A program made the position numbers and the translations under genes. Below, piece by piece: positions 59,292 through 64,000 of a DNA stretch of 64,000 nt; position 1 is the first letter of the stretch, and each line of letters begins with the position of its first letter. The notes under the pieces were generated by a model. It had not been told where the DNA came from, did not search any database, and saw only the letters and a list, made by a program, of their open reading frames with translations. Source of the stretch: Takakia lepidozioides (lineage: Eukaryota; Plantae; Bryophyta); NCBI GenBank assembly GCA_030704615.1, contig CM060734.1:17794001-17858000 (forward strand), given 5' to 3'.

Positions 59292-60456
59292 CTACCTCCT
59301 CATCCTCCTCATCTTTTGTTGCTTCATCCTCATCTGCATCGTCGTCATCTGTTTCTTCCTGGACTCTCCCTCACCTTCCTCCTCATCCTCACCGTCTTCT
59401 GTTTCTTCCTCCTCTCCCTCATCTCCTCCATCATCATTTGTCCCTTCTTCATCCTCCGTGTTTGGATTGCCGTCATTGTGTAGTTTCTTGTCTACACAAC
59501 ATGTAAACAAATTACACGTCTTGGAGTCCAATTTGCATGTTGAATAGAAACATTGCATGAAATATTGGACAAGTGACACTTACACTTTTTGCTTTTCTTG
59601 TAGCGCTCGGTCGCTAAAGCACACGCTTTGGCACAAAGATGATCCACGAATCTCCACTTCTCCATCTCTGCATTGACGTACGTCTTGACAAACTTTGCCT
59701 TTGTCAATGTCAACGCCTGCGATCTACAATATATTTAGTCACAAGGTTTAGTTTGAAATCGCAGCTGATTGGTGAACACATGTACAATACAAATAAGAAA
59801 TATGTAGAGATAGAGTAATGCCTGAGTTTGCAGCTTTCTTCCTCATAGTAGGTTAGCAAGCTGCTTGCCACCTCTTTTCGCAACTTGCAGCGAGACACCT
59901 TCCAGTAATCCTTGTCATCCCTATAGATTCTCTTCAACCGTGCCAAGTCTTGTTTGTAACCCCTAGTCGGTTTGTACTGAGCAAGTTTTTTCCGCACCCA
60001 CTTATCACTCGCATTCGCACCCACGACATCATCCAAGGTCTTAGTTGATAAATCGCCCCTTCCCCATTTGCGAATCCCGAAGTGGTCGTACACATTTTCA
60101 TTGAACAATGTTGCCAACAATGGTGGTCGCTTTTTCTTGCTCTCCATGGCCATAGAACCACCCTGTGCCATTTCCCACATTCGCTCCGCTTTCAATTTGA
60201 ACCTGTTATGCGTCTTGTCGTCGTACACCCTCTTTCTCTTATCTGCATCCCCATAGATCTTCATGTTCATTCTATGGTAATTCTGCTTTCTCTTCTTCCC
60301 ATCCGTAGGGCGACCAAACTTACCTGGAAGGAGACAAGGACCTCCACACTTCACCACAAGGTGGTTTTGGAAGTTGTGTTTGTCCTTCCAAACCATGGAA
60401 GGTCCTTCGCCGCATATCAAACAAAACCAATGTCCATTCTCCCGTTTGTAGTGCAC
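59292..60456 (-). CDS. Hypothetical protein with Zn-finger-like N-terminus and acidic tail, probably spliced
   Basis: WFCLICGEG...HNFQNHLVVKC; long open basic region; D/E-rich end. Confidence 0.45.
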
Positions 60457-61869
60457 CCCCTCTTGTGCAAACGATCCACCTAAATAACATAGATAGTGGA
60501 TGTGTGAAATTAGGCATACTAGGGTGTTAGAAATGGAGATTTCACCTACATGATGATACCTTTGTAGAGATATTTGTCTCTAGGCATATATTATACTTCT
60601 GTGTTAGCACTACACCTATCTTACACATAATGCTGATACTTATGTACAGAAAAAGACACATTTTAATACCTCTGTGGAAGTAAAGACGTTGCATACAATC
60701 CAAGCAATAAAAGAAAAAAAAATGTACTTGAAACTGGAGTCTCCTAGGAGTCCCAAGAGTTGTAAGTAAGCATGAACTTACTTCCTTGCCCTCCTGGCAC
60801 TCCTCGCCCTCCTCCTGTTAGTGCCAGCTCTGTCGAGGTAACAGGAGTTGTTACGACGTCACTGTTTGCTACAACAGACACAACCAAAGATAAAGGCCGG
60901 GATTCATGACGTCCTGACTTCAATTTGATACGCTTCCCTGTTTTGTTGGATCTTCCCATGTTAAGATACCTTCTTGTCTCTTGAAAAAAACAATGTTGTT
61001 TGAAAAGCTCGGTGCTCCGAGCTCGTAGCACTGGACCCCTATTCCTGTCTCCACAAAAAGACAATGTTGTTATAGGGCAGATAACACACCCTGAAGTTGT
61101 CTACTGCTGCCTGCAAGCTCTTGAGATGTGGCTCTCCCTTTTGCAGATTGGCCAGCAACCTAAGCTTGCAGAAACAATAAACACTCAACATGAACACTGA
61201 CCATCAACCTAAACTTAATTCCAAACATTACAGACCAGCCATGACACAAACACTAACCCCTTCACTCCAATTGTTCTTCATGTGTTTTGCTCACAGACTA
61301 GTTTACCAGTTAGGGCCTTCTTGCTCACATCTTCAAAGAATACCAACACTGCAAACACATGTTGTTGGCTATCAAAGTGGTTCAAGTTACACCCTTCCAA
61401 TGCAAATGACACCAGAAACAGATCAACTGAATGAAATGACACTGATAGGTTGGGTCCGAGTACAAGTGCTCAAAAGTTAAGAATGGTTGCTCGATTCAAG
61501 CAACTTTGTTTCTGTAAGCTGTATAACTAGCATGAATGAGGTTCACATGTAGATCCAGACACATTTAACATGAGAAAAATGAAGCCAACCAGCTCCCTAA
61601 ACTCCTTTCCTAACATTGTTACCCATGTTGAGCACCACATCTGAAACAAGCCTATCTCAGATTGATTCAGATATGTACCTTGTCACAAGTGGTGCATGTA
61701 GCTTCCCTGTACCCTAAACCCTAACTATTGCTACAATTTGCTCAAAGGGTTGTCAAGTAACTTGCACACCTACTCTCACCCAGGCAAACCCCTTTTCACT
61801 AGAATGGGAACGGTTCCCTTCTTCCTAAAGCAACAAAGCTACTTCTCAGATTACAAAAGTATTTAATAT

Positions 61870-63700
61870 TTATAGTGTGTTTGCCTTATCAGAAGTGATG
61901 CATGCTGCAGTCTCTACAAGTGTCAGAATATAAAATCCTTGAGCTACACATGCCCTGTAGGCTTGGCTCACAAGTCCCCAGTGGAAGTCCCAGGAGCATG
62001 TGCCCAAATAGTTTAAGTCACAGTGGACAGGGTCATATTTCCTATCGTAACTGCCCACATGAGTCCTTGCACACTGGCAAAGCTCCCACCAGCTGCCATG
62101 TGCTCAGCCTTCAGTATGCAACAGTTCATGGCCAAAGGTGTTTGAGTAGGGCAGTATAATTGCTAGGGCCTTACCACACAACTGGCAAGGGGGACCTGAA
62201 AGTTAGAAATTAGTGGACTCCAACCATATTGTCAAACACTCCCTTTTGCATCCTGGATACCCCCACATTTGGCATACATGTCCACAAGGACATTTTCAAG
62301 AATGATACTTGGTAGAATCCCAGCTATCCTGATGTCAGCATAGACCTCTTTGTCCTTTTCTAGGGCTGCTACGCATTGCGAAGGCAAACAAATGTTACCT
62401 AGTTGGGCTTTATCCCTTTCAACATCATTTGCTCATAGATTTCCAAAGCCTCCATCCCACAACCATGTTGGGCATATCCTGCAATCAGTGCACTCCATGA
62501 CACCACATCTTGTTTAGCCATATTGTCAAACACTCCCTTTGCATCTTGGATACTCCCACATCTGGCATACATGTCCACTCGGGGATTTTCCAGAATGATA
62601 TTTGGTACAATCCCAGCTTTCCTGATGTCAGCACATGGACTTTTTTGCCCTTTTCCAGGGCTGCTAGGCTTGCACACGCATTGCAAAGGCAAACAAATGT
62701 TACCTGGTTGGGTTGTACCCCTTTCAACATCATTTGCTCATAGGTCTCCAAAGCCTTCATCCCACAACCATGCGACATATCCTGCAATCATTGCACTCCA
62801 TGATACCACATCTTGTTTAGCCATCTTCTCAAACACTGTCTTTGCATCCTTGGCATACATGTCCACAAGGGCATTGTCCAGAATGGTATTTGGTGCAATC
62901 TTAGCTTTCATGATGTCAGCATGGACCGTTTTGCCCTGTTCCAGGGCTATCAGGTAGCACACGCCTTGAGAACACCAATGAATGTGACCTGGTTGGGCTT
63001 CATCCCTCCCTGTATCATTTGCCCATACATCTCAAAGGCCTTCCTACCACAACCATGCTTGATATAGCCTAACATCATTATAGTCCACGAAAACATATTC
63101 TGTTTAGGCGTTTTGTCAAACACGCGCTATGCATCCACTACTAACGCACTTCATGTACATGTTGACAAGAGTGTTGTGTAGAAACACGTTTGGTTAGTTA
63201 CGACCAAAAGACCTGGTAAAGAATCGCACGCGCCGATCCACAAAGAGTTCTAGAGGAGTACAAATTTTGCAACAAACATTCACTGGATGTGGGAAAACTG
63301 ACCTGCAGCAAGCTTCAAGAAGAACAAGTGTTTGAGCTGGAATCAACTGCTTACAATTCTCACACCGTTCAAATCCAGCGTCTGGCTACGTGGAGTTGGA
63401 ACTAGTACCTGCTAATGACCCTCCATCACCCATATTTGAGCTAAGTCTTTGTCCAAAGCATATTAATAACCCATAGCTCTTCTTCCCAGTGAGTCAGGTC
63501 CATTAGTGCCGGGGGTAGGGTACATGCCACTCCAAAACACCACATCTCATTCAGCCACATTGTCAAACACTCCCGTTTGTTGCATTGTTGCACCACATTT
63601 GGCATACATTTCGAACAAGGCAATGTTCAGAATGACATCTGTGCAATTTCAGCTTTGACGATGTCACCTGGACCTCTTTAGCCTTTTTAAAAGCTGTTAG
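61870..63700 (-). pseudogene. Degraded PLS-class pentatricopeptide repeat gene
   Basis: VDMYARCGSIQDAKGVFDNMAKQDVVSWSALIAGYAQHGCGMEALEIYEQM, repeated; many frameshifts and stops. Confidence 0.9.
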
Positions 63701-64000
63701 GTTTGCAAATGCATTGCAAAATACCTTGCGGTAGAAGACCTTAGTTCAAAACACAGGAGAAATGGAAACATACCCTTCGAGTTGGGATCATGCTGCTTGT
63801 AGCCCACCACCTTGCACACTTGTCGTTGCAATGTCTGAACTCAGTAAGCTTAAGCTTAAGTAAGCTTAAATAATTCTACTTCTCCTCATAGATATCAAGC
63901 AGGGAATAAACACCATGGCTCCATTCGTAGTACTCCCGTCGAATTATTTCCCCTTCTGTCCCATTCCTGGACGGGCAGCATGAATAGTTGTATTTTTAGC

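Noticed and set aside
61711-61724. Telomeric CCCTAAA repeat
   Set aside because: Fewer than two full units; expected by chance.

Overview
Eukaryotic land-plant DNA: spliced genes, PLS-class PPR, OSB and F-box fragments, no prokaryotic operons. The species cannot be determined from the sequence. The window is a nest of mobile elements. It holds (1) a Ty3/Gypsy LTR retrotransposon (1-3846, minus strand, running off the left edge) and (2) a non-autonomous CACTA element carrying host gene fragments (3895-9732, TSD CAA) with a small CACTA nested in it. (3) Three related large Mutator-like DNA transposons are nested in each other: E1 (11750-40700), E2 (about 10270-59046) and E3 (43155-54488). Each pairs a WRKY/GCM-MULE-SWIM transposase gene with a divergent spliced gene for a ParB-like domain plus a beta-class N4/N6 methyltransferase-like domain; E2's transposase is truncated and its cargo gene lacks the ParB exon. 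Each element also carries its own 20-bp palindrome on a shared GAA-n3-CG-n4-CG-n3-TTC scaffold, concentrated in introns and intergenic DNA. (4) Inside the E1 transposase is a 12.2-kb Gypsy-like element (14008-26256) encoding a C5 DNA methyltransferase and a PHD finger, with a self-priming-type PBS and a split-repeat A-body-B-A-B structure. (5) At the right end are an unknown Zn-finger ORF and a degraded PPR gene. Many frames carry single-base frameshifts, which may be decay or assembly errors. All domain calls come from motifs recognised by eye; no database searches were run.
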